Below, piece by piece: positions 1 through 8,355 of a stretch of DNA of 64,000 bases; the first letter of the stretch is position 1, and every line of letters begins with the position of its first letter. Under the pieces are notes generated by a model. It did no database searches. It was not told where the DNA came from and worked only from the letters and a program-made list of their open reading frames with translations. Position numbers and translations under genes: made by a program. This DNA comes from Candidatus Latescibacterota bacterium (GTDB lineage: Bacteria > Latescibacterota > UBA2968 > GCA-2709665). Location of the stretch: NCBI GenBank assembly GCA_963662665.2, contig CAXXJS010000050.1:26259-90258 (forward strand), written 5' to 3'.

Positions 1-672
1 CTCAAAACAGACACGCTGAAACTTCCGGCTTCGCTTTCCGTCGAAGACGGCGCCCTCGTCGAACCGACAGCCTGCGCGGTACAGGCGTTGAAACGCCGCG
101 CCCGCGTGCAACCTGATGACCGTGTCCTGATCATCGGCATGGGCATTATGGGTCAGCTTCTTGCCCTGCTCGCCAGGCATTACGGCGCGTCAACAGTAAT
201 TGCCGCGGACATGGTGCCCTACCGGCTGAACAAAGCCATGGAACTCGGGGCCGACCTGGGCGTAGACGTCACGCGGGAGAGCCTGTCCGAGTCCGTCGCC
301 GCCGCCACAGATGGGGACATGGCCGACCTGGTTGTGGTCGGCCCGGGCACTGTGACGGCGATGGAGGCGGGGCTTTCAGCCGTTGGTGCGGGCGGGACCG
401 TGCTTCTGTTCACCCCCGCCGAACCAGGCCGCGCGCTGGAGATCGCCCCGTACGATCTTTACGCAAGGGACATCACCCTAACGACCAGCTATTCCTGCGG
501 TCCGCCGGACACCGCGGAAGCACTGGACGTCGTTGGCCGCGGGGTGGTGACCGCGAAAAAACTCGTCACCCACCGGTTCCCCCTCGAAGAAACCGCCGTC
601 GGATTTCAGACGGTTGCGGAAGCCGGAGACTCCATCAAGACCCTCATCGTCATCGACGAAACGCTGGCCTGA
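1..672 (+). CDS. Zn-dependent alcohol/polyol dehydrogenase (MDR superfamily), 5'-truncated by window edge
   Basis: Frame 1 is open from nt 1 (LKTDTLKLPASLSVEDGALVEPTACAV...) and continues into ORF 88..672. It has a Rossmann motif (IIGMGIMGQ) and a C-terminal half like threonine/sorbitol dehydrogenases. Confidence 0.8.
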   Translation, partial: LKTDTLKLPASLSVEDGALVEPTACAVQALKRRARVQPDDRVLIIGMGIMGQLLALLARHYGASTVIAADMVPYRLNKAMELGADLGVDVTRESLSESVAAATDGDMADLVVVGPGTVTAMEAGLSAVGAGGTVLLFTPAEPGRALEIAPYDLYARDITLTTSYSCGPPDTAEALDVVGRGVVTAKKLVTHRFPLEETAVGFQTVAEAGDSIKTLIVIDETLA

Positions 673-803
673 CGGCCCGTTGAAAAATTCCATCGGGCTG
701 CCTGCCCGTGCGTACGCACGCTTGCCTGCGCGCAGCGCGCAAGCAGGCAGACAGGGTCCGACCCTGCATTCCACGGTTTTTCGTTTCCAGAAAGGATGCC
801 GGC

Positions 804-995
804 ATGCCCTATGTCAACGTCAAGATGCTCGACGGCCGCACGACGGACCAGAAACGGGAACTGGTCAAGGCCATCACAGACGCACTTCAGAATATCTGCG
901 GCGCCAAACCGGATGGCACCATGGTGGTCATCGAGGAAGTGACCCGAGACCACTGGTCGGTAGGCGGGGAGCTGATTTCAGACAGGGACGCATAG
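804..995 (+). CDS. 4-oxalocrotonate tautomerase family protein
   Basis: MPYVNVKMLDGRTTDQKRELVKAITDAL... has the Pro-1 tautomerase signature. ATG at 804 is preceded by AAAGGA at 791-796. The upstream part of ORF 708..995 is Arg/Cys-rich noise. Confidence 0.85.
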   Translation: MPYVNVKMLDGRTTDQKRELVKAITDALQNICGAKPDGTMVVIEEVTRDHWSVGGELISDRDA

Positions 996-1079
996 CAAAT
1001 CCCGGCGGGCAAACGCGCTGACGGGACGTCCGGAGCTTTTACACGGGAATGCCCACCGCCGGCTTTTTTGCGTTTGATC

Positions 1080-1108
1080 TTGACAGATTTATGCGTGCCT
1101 TCTATATT
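1080..1108 (+). promoter_or_regulatory. sigma-70 type promoter (TTGACA-17 nt-TATATT)
   Basis: TTGACA at 1080-1085, a 17-nt spacer, then TATATT at 1103-1108. It lies downstream of a hairpin plus T-run (about 1005-1070) and upstream of the TPR gene. Confidence 0.5.
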
Positions 1109-1264
1109 GAACCGATCAGCAGTTTGCACTTAAAAAGTGGAGACAATCGCCGATCGGCTCAACCCGCGCAACGGTCTGAGCCGTGTTCCAAAGTGTTGTG
1201 CTGACGCTGGCTGGATCAACCGTACATCGCAAATAAAGAAAGGGGAAAGGCTTTGAACCTCAAT

Positions 1265-2491
1265 ATGCGATTCCTTTGCCGGGCGGGCATTCCCGTGCTC
1301 GCGCTTCTTGTATTGGGCAGTCTCGTATTCACACCCCCGGAGGTGTACGCCGCAAAAAAGAAGATAACAAAGGGCGATGCCAAAATAGCCAAGCGGTCCG
1401 CCCATCTCTACATCAGCCAGCGGCTGTTCGACAAGGCCCTCGCCCAGTTGCTGATTGTTATCGAAGGCGATTCGAACGACGTACAGGCGCACTTCATGCT
1501 GGGGGAGATTTACTCCGAGAAGAACATGCAGGACGAGATGAGGAAGGAATTCGAGTGGGTACTCGCAACCAGGAAAGGGAAGAAAAAATACGCCAAGAAA
1601 ATCCAGCCGTATCTGGATATGTGGTGGAGCCGCAACTACAATAGCGCCGTTCGCGCGATCGGCGCCGAAGACTACGGCGCGGCCATCGAATCTCTTCAGA
1701 AATCCATCGCCCTGGCGCCGGAGAAGCCCATGTCCTACCAGGCGCTGGGGGTGACCTACCTGAACATGGGCCAGGCCCAGGCCGGAATCGACGCCTATTT
1801 GAAAGCGGTCGAACTCGACAGCACCGAAGCCTCCTCGTTTGTCAATCTGGGCCGGGCATATATGAACCTCAAGAAGTACGAAGAAGCGAGAGAGTGTTTC
1901 GCCCAGGCCCATAAACTGGTTCCCGACAATGCCGGTTATCTGAACGACCTTGCCCGCGCCCAACAATACGTGGGCGACAAGGCGGCCGCTCTCGAATCCG
2001 CCGAGAAGGCCCTGGCCATCGACCCCGAGAATCTGGACGTATTGATAATGGCCGGTCAGATGCACCTGATGGGAGGCAATTACGAGAAAGCGGCCGAACT
2101 CCTGGAAAGGGTGGCCGTGCAGCGGCCGGAAGACGTCGATACGCTGTTCAACCTCGCGGAATGCTACAGGAATCTGGGCAGAACCGAGGAGGCCGTCAAC
2201 CTGTTCCTGAAGAGTGTCCAGGCCAATCCACAGGACTCCGACGCGTGGTTTCGTCTGGGTCGAATTTACGAAAAACAGGGCAGGTACCAGGACTCCATCG
2301 ATGCCCTCAAGATGGTTGTCAGTCTGAAGGCCACCAGCGTACAGGGATGGCAGGCACTGTCCCGGTCGTGGGCCCTGCTTTCGAAGGAACAGTCAGACGC
2401 GGGTATGGACGATGCGGCCTCGGAAAGCGCAAGGAATGCCGAAGAGGCGTACAATATGAGTACGAGCCTGGAGGAGCAGGCGGGTGAGTGA
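1265..2491 (+). CDS. secreted TPR-repeat protein
   Basis: N-terminal signal peptide (MRFLCRAGIPVLALLVLGSLVFTPPEVYA), then repeated TPR-like A/Y/L patterns (AxxxYxxAlxlxP). A TTG at 1253 is an alternative start. Confidence 0.8.
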   Translation: MRFLCRAGIPVLALLVLGSLVFTPPEVYAAKKKITKGDAKIAKRSAHLYISQRLFDKALAQLLIVIEGDSNDVQAHFMLGEIYSEKNMQDEMRKEFEWVLATRKGKKKYAKKIQPYLDMWWSRNYNSAVRAIGAEDYGAAIESLQKSIALAPEKPMSYQALGVTYLNMGQAQAGIDAYLKAVELDSTEASSFVNLGRAYMNLKKYEEARECFAQAHKLVPDNAGYLNDLARAQQYVGDKAAALESAEKALAIDPENLDVLIMAGQMHLMGGNYEKAAELLERVAVQRPEDVDTLFNLAECYRNLGRTEEAVNLFLKSVQANPQDSDAWFRLGRIYEKQGRYQDSIDALKMVVSLKATSVQGWQALSRSWALLSKEQSDAGMDDAASESARNAEEAYNMSTSLEEQAGE

Positions 2492-2521
2492 ACCGGATAG
2501 GTCGCCAGGAGAAGATAGCCG

Positions 2522-3532
2522 ATGTATCTGACAGACGAAAAAGTAGCCGTTCTGGGCGCGGCCGGAGCCATCGGCTCAAATCTCGCTCAGACCCTGCTGG
2601 CATCGGGAACCGCCGGCAGGGTTTCCATGTACGACCCGTTCGAACCGGGTTTGGAAGGCGCCGCCGAGGAAATCTACCACTGTGGTTTTCCTGGCGCCAA
2701 CGTCACCTGGACCGCGGATATCGCCGAAGCGCTTTCCGGAGCCGCCTATGTTATCAGTTCGGGCGGCGCGCCCAGAAAAGAGGGGATGACCCGCGAAGAC
2801 CTCACCCGTGACAACGGACTGATTGCCAAACAGCTCGGTCTCGACGTCAAACGGTATTGTCCGGACTGCAAGTTCGTCATCATCATTTTCAACCCCGCCG
2901 ATATCACCGGGCTCTGCACGCTGGTGCACTCCGGGCTTCCCGCGGGAAGGGTTTCCACGCTGGCCGCACTGGACAGCACGCGGCTCCAGACCGCCCTCGC
3001 CCAGCATTTCAGGATCCGGCAGGACCGGGTAACAGGCTGCAAGACCTACGGCGGTCATGGCGAATCCATGGCGGTATTCACGAGCGGAACCGCGGTCTGC
3101 GGCATTCCCCTTACGGAGATCCTGGAGGGCAAGACCGTAAACGGCATCGGCCTGACCACCGATGCGTGGAGCGGTATCCGGTCCCACGTGACGGGCGGCG
3201 GGGCCCGCATCATTCAATTGCGCGGGCGATCCTCCTTCCAGTCTCCCGCCCAGCAGAGCGTTTTCATGCTGCGGGGGCTGTTCGGCGAACCGTACGACTG
3301 GCCGTGCGGCGCGTACGTGAACAATGCCGAGTTCAGAAACATCATGATGGCCATGCCGGCGTCTCTTTCGGCCGATGGCGTGACCTGCAGCATGCCGGAC
3401 GGCACGGAGGAAGACCTTGGGGCATTGAGAGACTCCTACGGGCACCTCGTGGGACTTCGGGACGAGATCATTCGCGAGGGCATCCTGCCGCCGCTTTCCG
3501 AATGGGGGAGCAGCAACCCGAATCTGGCATAG
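2522..3532 (+). CDS. malate/lactate dehydrogenase family oxidoreductase
   Basis: N-terminal VAVLGAAGAIGSNLAQ dinucleotide fold, GGAPRKEGMTREDL substrate loop and GGHGESM catalytic-His region. GGAGAAG RBS upstream. Confidence 0.8.
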   Translation: MYLTDEKVAVLGAAGAIGSNLAQTLLASGTAGRVSMYDPFEPGLEGAAEEIYHCGFPGANVTWTADIAEALSGAAYVISSGGAPRKEGMTREDLTRDNGLIAKQLGLDVKRYCPDCKFVIIIFNPADITGLCTLVHSGLPAGRVSTLAALDSTRLQTALAQHFRIRQDRVTGCKTYGGHGESMAVFTSGTAVCGIPLTEILEGKTVNGIGLTTDAWSGIRSHVTGGGARIIQLRGRSSFQSPAQQSVFMLRGLFGEPYDWPCGAYVNNAEFRNIMMAMPASLSADGVTCSMPDGTEEDLGALRDSYGHLVGLRDEIIREGILPPLSEWGSSNPNLA

Positions 3533-3692
3533 TGTATGGAACAATGTCGCACGTCCAGGGGGCGCCCGTCGGGTTGCCCCTTTTCGTTTGCCGCGATGCG
3601 GCGTTTTCGTTATTTTCCCGCCACGTCCCGCCGTCCACGGATTGCTTCTCATTTCCTACTCGTCGAGGAAACCCCTGCCCGCCCAATACGAC

Positions 3693-4823
3693 ATGCTCAT
3701 TAAAGGCGGTACGGTTATAGACCCGGCGCAGGATCTGCACGCCGTCCGGGACGTGGCCATAGCGGGCGGGCACATTGCCGCAGTGAACGTTGAAATCTAC
3801 GAGGAGACGGCGCAGACCGTGATCGATGCCGCCGGCTACCTGGTGACGCCCGGCCTGATCGATCTGCACGTCCACGTCTGGTGGGGGGTATCGCATTACG
3901 GCGTCGAGCCTGACTCCACGTGCCTGGCCAGAGGCGTGACCACCGTTTATGACACCGGTTCATCGGGCGCCGACACGTTTCCCGGATTCAAGAAATACGT
4001 GATCAACGCCAGCGCCACCCGCATCAAGGCCTTCCTGCACGTCTCGTCCCAGGGCCTGTTGTCGCCAGGCATAGGCGAACTCACCGACCTCCGGTTCGCC
4101 GACGTGGGCCGCGCCGCAGGGATGTGTGAAGAACACAAAGACGACATTGTAGGCGTCAAAATCCGAATGTCGAGAAGCCTCGTCGGCGAGAATGGCAAAG
4201 AGTGCCTGAAGCGGGCGCGCCAGGTTTGCGACGCCACCGGTCTCCCGCTGATGATCCATCCAAACGCCAGTCCTGTCTCTTTCGAAGACATGATGGACGA
4301 ACTGCGCCCGGGAGACATCGTCACCCACTGCTTTCATAGGAGCGACACAGGCATTCTGGACGAATCAGGCGTGGTCCGACCCGCCGCCCGCAGTGCCGCT
4401 CAAAACGGGATCCTGTTCGACGTGGGCCACGGCCAGGGCAGCTTTTCGTTCGACGTTGCCGAGGCGGCGATGTCCCAGGGTTTTCCCCCCGGCACCATTT
4501 CCAGCGACCTCCATGCCTACAATCTGAACGGGCCCGTTTACGACCTCGTCACCACGGTTTCCAAATTTCTCGTATTGGGCCTTTCGCTGGATGAGGCCAT
4601 TGAGAAAGTAACCGCGGCCCCCGCCCGTGCGATGAGCGCGCTTGGCGAAATCGGCACCTTGCGTCCCGGCGCGACGGCGGACCTCGCCATCCTCGAACTC
4701 CGGACGGGCAGCTTCGCCTTCAACGATACCCGCGGCGGGACCCGTTCGGCCAGGGAGAAACTCGAAACGGTTTCCACCATCAGAGGCGGCCGGCTGTACG
4801 CGCCGTCTGCTTTCGACGATTGA
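3693..4823 (+). CDS. amidohydrolase/deacetylase family metallohydrolase (dihydroorotase/D-aminoacylase-like)
   Basis: MLIKGGTVIDP...VTPGLIDLHVHVW carries the HxH metal motif. Start set at ATG 3693, where homology-like sequence begins. Confidence 0.8.
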   Translation: MLIKGGTVIDPAQDLHAVRDVAIAGGHIAAVNVEIYEETAQTVIDAAGYLVTPGLIDLHVHVWWGVSHYGVEPDSTCLARGVTTVYDTGSSGADTFPGFKKYVINASATRIKAFLHVSSQGLLSPGIGELTDLRFADVGRAAGMCEEHKDDIVGVKIRMSRSLVGENGKECLKRARQVCDATGLPLMIHPNASPVSFEDMMDELRPGDIVTHCFHRSDTGILDESGVVRPAARSAAQNGILFDVGHGQGSFSFDVAEAAMSQGFPPGTISSDLHAYNLNGPVYDLVTTVSKFLVLGLSLDEAIEKVTAAPARAMSALGEIGTLRPGATADLAILELRTGSFAFNDTRGGTRSAREKLETVSTIRGGRLYAPSAFDD

Positions 4824-4839
4824 ACCGGAGACGACCCGC

Positions 4840-5622
4840 ATGAATATCATGGTATTGTGCGACCTGGAAGGCGCCGCCGGCGTCGTGGACTTCCACACCC
4901 AGACATACGACAACACGCGGTACAATGACCAGGCGAAGAATCTGTCAACCCTGGAAATCAACGCGCTGGTGGACGGGGCCCTTGAGGGAGGTGCGGAACA
5001 GGTGATCGTCCTGGACGGACACGGCAGCGGCGGTATCAACGTCGAACTGATCCACTACGAAGCCAGGGTGATGTTCGGCCGTCCGCTGATCTCCGCGTGG
5101 GACCTCGGCATCGACTTCAAGGCCATGTTTCTGTACGGGCACCATGCCATGGAAAACACGCCCAGGGGTGTGCTGTGCCACAGCTGGAGTTCGCGCGATA
5201 TTGCCAATTGCTGGCTGAACGGAGAGCTCATCGGCGAAATCGGGTTCAATATCGCCCATGCAGGGGAGGCCGGCGTGCCCACCGCGTACATCAGTGGAGA
5301 CCTTGCCGCGATCGACGAAGCGAGAGAGTACGTCGGTAATATCGAAGGCGTCGTCGTCAAGGAAGGGCTCAGCCGGACCGCGGCGCTCACGCTTTCTCCC
5401 GCAAAGGCCCGGGACCTGATCCGCGACGGGGCAAAGAGGGCAATGGACCGTATCGGAGAGTTCGTCCCGTACACCGTTCCGGGTCCCTACGCCTTTGTCA
5501 CCGAGTATCAGGCCGCGTCCAGCGCGGCGTCGAAAGCCTCGCGCCGCGACGTTGAACGCATCGATACGCACACCGTCAGAATAACCGGCGATACACTCGC
5601 CGAGATCGCCGAAAAACGATAA
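4840..5622 (+). CDS. M55 family D-aminopeptidase (DppA-like)
   Basis: MNIMVLCDLEGAAGVVDF... matches the characteristic M55 N-terminus (xxSxDxEGxxGV). ATG at 4840, 17 nt after the preceding stop. Confidence 0.8.
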   Translation: MNIMVLCDLEGAAGVVDFHTQTYDNTRYNDQAKNLSTLEINALVDGALEGGAEQVIVLDGHGSGGINVELIHYEARVMFGRPLISAWDLGIDFKAMFLYGHHAMENTPRGVLCHSWSSRDIANCWLNGELIGEIGFNIAHAGEAGVPTAYISGDLAAIDEAREYVGNIEGVVVKEGLSRTAALTLSPAKARDLIRDGAKRAMDRIGEFVPYTVPGPYAFVTEYQAASSAASKASRRDVERIDTHTVRITGDTLAEIAEKR

Positions 5623-5645
5623 CCGCGCGATTCAAGGAATGTTAA

Positions 5646-6743
5646 ATGAGCTACTCTCCCGTCGGGATCGAAAAGTGGGACCTGGATACGCCGGCCCTGA
5701 TGCTCGACCTGGACCTATTGGAGAACAACATCGCCCGAATCGCCGCCCGGTGCAAAGCCTGCGGCGTTCGCTGGCGTCCGCATACCAAGGGAAACAAGAC
5801 CCCGGCCATTGCGCACAAACTGCTGGACGCCGGCGCCATCGGCATTACCTGCGCCAAGCTTGGTGAGGCCGAAGTCATGGCCGCGTCGGGAATCAAGGAT
5901 ATCCTGGTTGCCAACCAGGTCGTGGGCGAAAGAAAAATGGCCCGTCTGACCCACCTGCAGCGGCATGCAGACGTTATGGTCGCCGTCGATCACCCCGTCC
6001 ACGTCAACATGATATCGGAAGCGGCGCAGGCCGTCGGTGTCAGCGTTCGGGTCCTTGTCGAGCTGGACGTAGGGATGGGGCGTTGCGGGGTAGGGGCGGG
6101 GAAACCCGCCCTGGAACTGGCGCAACGGGCCCATGCTGCGCCCGGCGTGGTATTCTCGGGCCTGATGGGCTACGAGGGTCAGGCGATGGATCTGCCCGAC
6201 GCGCGGAAGGAAGCCGCCTGCGCCGAGGCCATCGCCCATCTTGCGGTATCGCGGGAGCGCATTGAGGCGTTCGGCATCGAATGCCCGATCGTCAGCGCGG
6301 GGGGAACCGGAACGCTGGCCTACACGCCGGCCTGCCCGGGCCTCACCGAAATCCAGGCCGGCGGCGGCATTATGATGGACACCTTCTACGCCACGTCGCT
6401 TGGCGTCAGAGGACTGGATCATGCCCTCTCCATTCTTGCCACCGTGGTCAGCCGCCCTGCGCCGGACCGCGCCTATATCGACGCCGGTCGTAAAACCACG
6501 TCCTCCCAGTTCGGCATGCCCTGGGTCAAAAGCAGGGATGACATCGACGTCGTCGGCCTTTCCGCGGAACACGGTTACCTGGAACTCAAGGGCGCCGACC
6601 ACCCATTGAGAATCGGCGACAAGATCGAACTCATTTCCGGTTACAGCGACATGACGGTTTTCATGCACAACGAGATCTACGGCATTCGGAACGACCGGGT
6701 GGAAGCCGTGTGGGAAATCCTCGGCAGGGGTAAATTGCAATAA
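5646..6743 (+). CDS. DSD1-family PLP enzyme (D-serine dehydratase / D-threonine aldolase-like, alanine racemase N-terminal fold)
   Basis: RWRPHTKGNKTPAIAHKLLDAGAIGITCAKLGEAEVM resembles the PLP-lysine region of DSD1/D-Thr aldolase enzymes. Confidence 0.8.
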   Translation: MSYSPVGIEKWDLDTPALMLDLDLLENNIARIAARCKACGVRWRPHTKGNKTPAIAHKLLDAGAIGITCAKLGEAEVMAASGIKDILVANQVVGERKMARLTHLQRHADVMVAVDHPVHVNMISEAAQAVGVSVRVLVELDVGMGRCGVGAGKPALELAQRAHAAPGVVFSGLMGYEGQAMDLPDARKEAACAEAIAHLAVSRERIEAFGIECPIVSAGGTGTLAYTPACPGLTEIQAGGGIMMDTFYATSLGVRGLDHALSILATVVSRPAPDRAYIDAGRKTTSSQFGMPWVKSRDDIDVVGLSAEHGYLELKGADHPLRIGDKIELISGYSDMTVFMHNEIYGIRNDRVEAVWEILGRGKLQ

Positions 6744-6839
6744 ACGAACAGGCGCCGCCCGGGTTCGGTGCCTCGTTGAAAGACGTTGCGCCCGCCGTGT
6801 TATCCCGGACGCCAATACGCCAATCAAGGGACAATCGAG

Positions 6840-7046
6840 ATGACTGAGCCGCGTGTCGTGGTGGACCAGGCCGGCAACAGCGTCGCCGTCATGCTGGACA
6901 TCCGCGAATACAATCGCCTCCTGGAGGCATCCGAACAGCTGGAATCCCTTCATGCACAGGAAGGTGACATGGCGTCCGGGTCGGACTACACCCCGGAAGA
7001 GAAAAAGGCGCTGGAAGACCGGCTCAAGTCTCTGGGCTATCTCTGA
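6840..7046 (+). CDS. small hypothetical protein (68 aa) with C-terminal EE..RLKSLGYL tail
   Basis: ATG at 6840. MTEPRVVVDQAGNSVAVMLDIREYNRLLE is an antitoxin-like N-terminus. No family recognised with confidence. Confidence 0.45.
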   Translation: MTEPRVVVDQAGNSVAVMLDIREYNRLLEASEQLESLHAQEGDMASGSDYTPEEKKALEDRLKSLGYL

Positions 7047-7096
7047 GTGTCCCTTTTTGTCCCACGTCTTCGATCCATCTCCCGTGGCGAGACCGT

Positions 7097-7684
7097 ATGA
7101 GTACCGTAGTCGATTCCGATACGATTGTGGTCGTTTCCGGCCTGCCCCGATCGGGCACTTCGATGATGATGCAGATGCTTGAAGCGGGCGGAATGGACGT
7201 CCTGTCGGACGGGCTGAGAACCGCCGACGAAGACAATCGCAAGGGGTATTTCGAATACGAGAGCGTCAAGGCGCTGAAGACGGATCAAAGCTGGCTGCCC
7301 GAGGCCGGGGGCAAGGCCGTCAAGATCATCTCCGAACTATTGAAGTACCTTCCCGATACGCATACGTACCGCATTATATTCATGCAGCGGGCAATGGAGG
7401 AAATCCTCGCCTCGCAACGGCAGATGCTGATCCGGAGGGGCGCGCCGGCAGGAGCCGGGACAGGAGACGACGGGATGGCGCGTATCTTCCGCAAACATCT
7501 GGATCAGACGGAAACCTGGCTGTCCGATCGTCCGGGCTTCCGTACCCTTTATGCGGAACATCGGCAGATTCTGGCGGATCCGGCCCGGGAGGCCGCCCGT
7601 ATCAATGCGTTTCTCGACCATCGCCTCGATGAAGCGGCCATGGCCGCCGCCATAGACGCTTCTCTCTATCGCCAGCGTCGTTAG
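7097..7684 (+). CDS. sulfotransferase family protein
   Basis: VVVSGLPRSGTSMMMQML is a 5'-PSB (PAPS-binding) loop. The 195-aa size is typical of small bacterial sulfotransferases. Confidence 0.75.
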   Translation: MSTVVDSDTIVVVSGLPRSGTSMMMQMLEAGGMDVLSDGLRTADEDNRKGYFEYESVKALKTDQSWLPEAGGKAVKIISELLKYLPDTHTYRIIFMQRAMEEILASQRQMLIRRGAPAGAGTGDDGMARIFRKHLDQTETWLSDRPGFRTLYAEHRQILADPAREAARINAFLDHRLDEAAMAAAIDASLYRQRR

Positions 7685-7713
7685 ATTCGCAACTACCCTG
7701 CAATAACCCATCC

Positions 7714-7745
7714 AGGCGGCCCGTACGGGTCGCCTTCTTCTTTCC
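7714..7745 (+). terminator. hairpin plus T-rich tail after the sulfotransferase gene
   Basis: AGGCGGCCC-GTAC-GGGTCGCCT forms 9 bp including one G-U pair, followed by TCTTCTTTCC. Confidence 0.5.
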
Positions 7746-7778
7746 CTGTCAATCCGCTCCACGCGGGGCCGGACCTAC

Positions 7779-7926
7779 CCCCGTTCCCCCTTCCCAGGGG
7801 AAGGGGGGAACTGTCATCGGTTGATGATCTCCCGGAACTTCACCCCCTCTCCCCCGGGAGAGGGGGCCGGGGGGAGAGGTCCCGCGCCCTCACTGAATTT
7901 GTAGGGGCGACCGGCCGGTCGCCCTC
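7779..7926. repeat. cluster of three GC-rich palindromes (REP-like)
   Basis: GTTCCCCCTTCCC-AG-GGGAAGGGGGGAAC (about 7782-7811); CCCCCTCTCCCCCGGGAGAGGGGG.. (about 7843-7880); GGGGCGACCGGCCGGTCGCCC (7904-7924). Confidence 0.7.
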
Positions 7927-7992
7927 ATAATGGCGCTGATGAACGTGATTGACGGCGCAGGGCCATTTACGTGTCCGACAGGGCGCGGTGTA

Positions 7993-8088
7993 TCCTTCTT
8001 CCTTCTTCCTTCTTCCTTCTCCCTTCTTCCTTCTTCCTTCTTCCTTCTCCCTTCTTCCTTCTCCCTTCTTCCTTCTCCCTTCTTCCTC
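7993..8088. repeat. heptanucleotide tandem repeat (TCCTTCT/CCCTTCT), about 13.5 units
   Basis: Read directly: TCCTTCT x4, CCCTTCT, TCCTTCT x3, CCCTTCT, TCCTTCT, CCCTTCT, TCCTTCT, CCCTTCT, then TCCTCA. Confidence 0.95.
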
Positions 8089-8252
8089 ATTACCGTCTTT
8101 CCCTTTGTGTCTTCGTGTCTTTGTGTGAATCGGAGTTTCGGTTTGTTCGGGCTAGCCGAATGTCGTTCATGTTCACAAGTGTGGACGAAACACAACAGGA
8201 GAGCCGTCCTATGTGAATACATATCTTATTGTTTATAAATATCTTGTGAATT

Positions 8253-8268
8253 TGGCACGCTGTTTGCA
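8253..8268 (+). promoter_or_regulatory. sigma-54 (RpoN) -24/-12 promoter
   Basis: TGGCACGCTGTTTGCA matches the consensus TGGCACG-N4-TTGCW at every specified position. It lies 88 nt upstream of ATG 8356 in an AT-rich spacer. Confidence 0.7.
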
Positions 8269-8355
8269 TATATCTGCTGGTGCAACAGTGACCACACAAA
8301 ACGGAATCACGTTTGTTTGCGAAGCTTCTCTACCTTCCGGGTCTATGGAGCCTCC

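Noticed and set aside
1130-2065. Long antisense ORFs opposite real genes. Examples: 1130..2065(-), 2576..3652(-), 5715..6953(-), 14824..16005(+), 17526..18611(-), 26646..28304(-), 33036..34301(-), 52447..53718(+).
   Set aside because: These are typical shadow ORFs of GC-rich DNA. Their translations are Arg/Gly/Pro/Ala-rich with no motifs, and each is fully overlapped by an ORF with clear family signatures on the other strand.
7890-8238. ORFs 7890..8222(-) and 7930..8238(+) (EGRREKEEGRRKKEE.. / LLPSSFFLLPSS..), and the repeat as a possible CRISPR array.
   Set aside because: They are translations of a 7-nt microsatellite. Every frame is low complexity, there are no spacers between units, and there is no CRISPR-like repeat length (23-47 nt).
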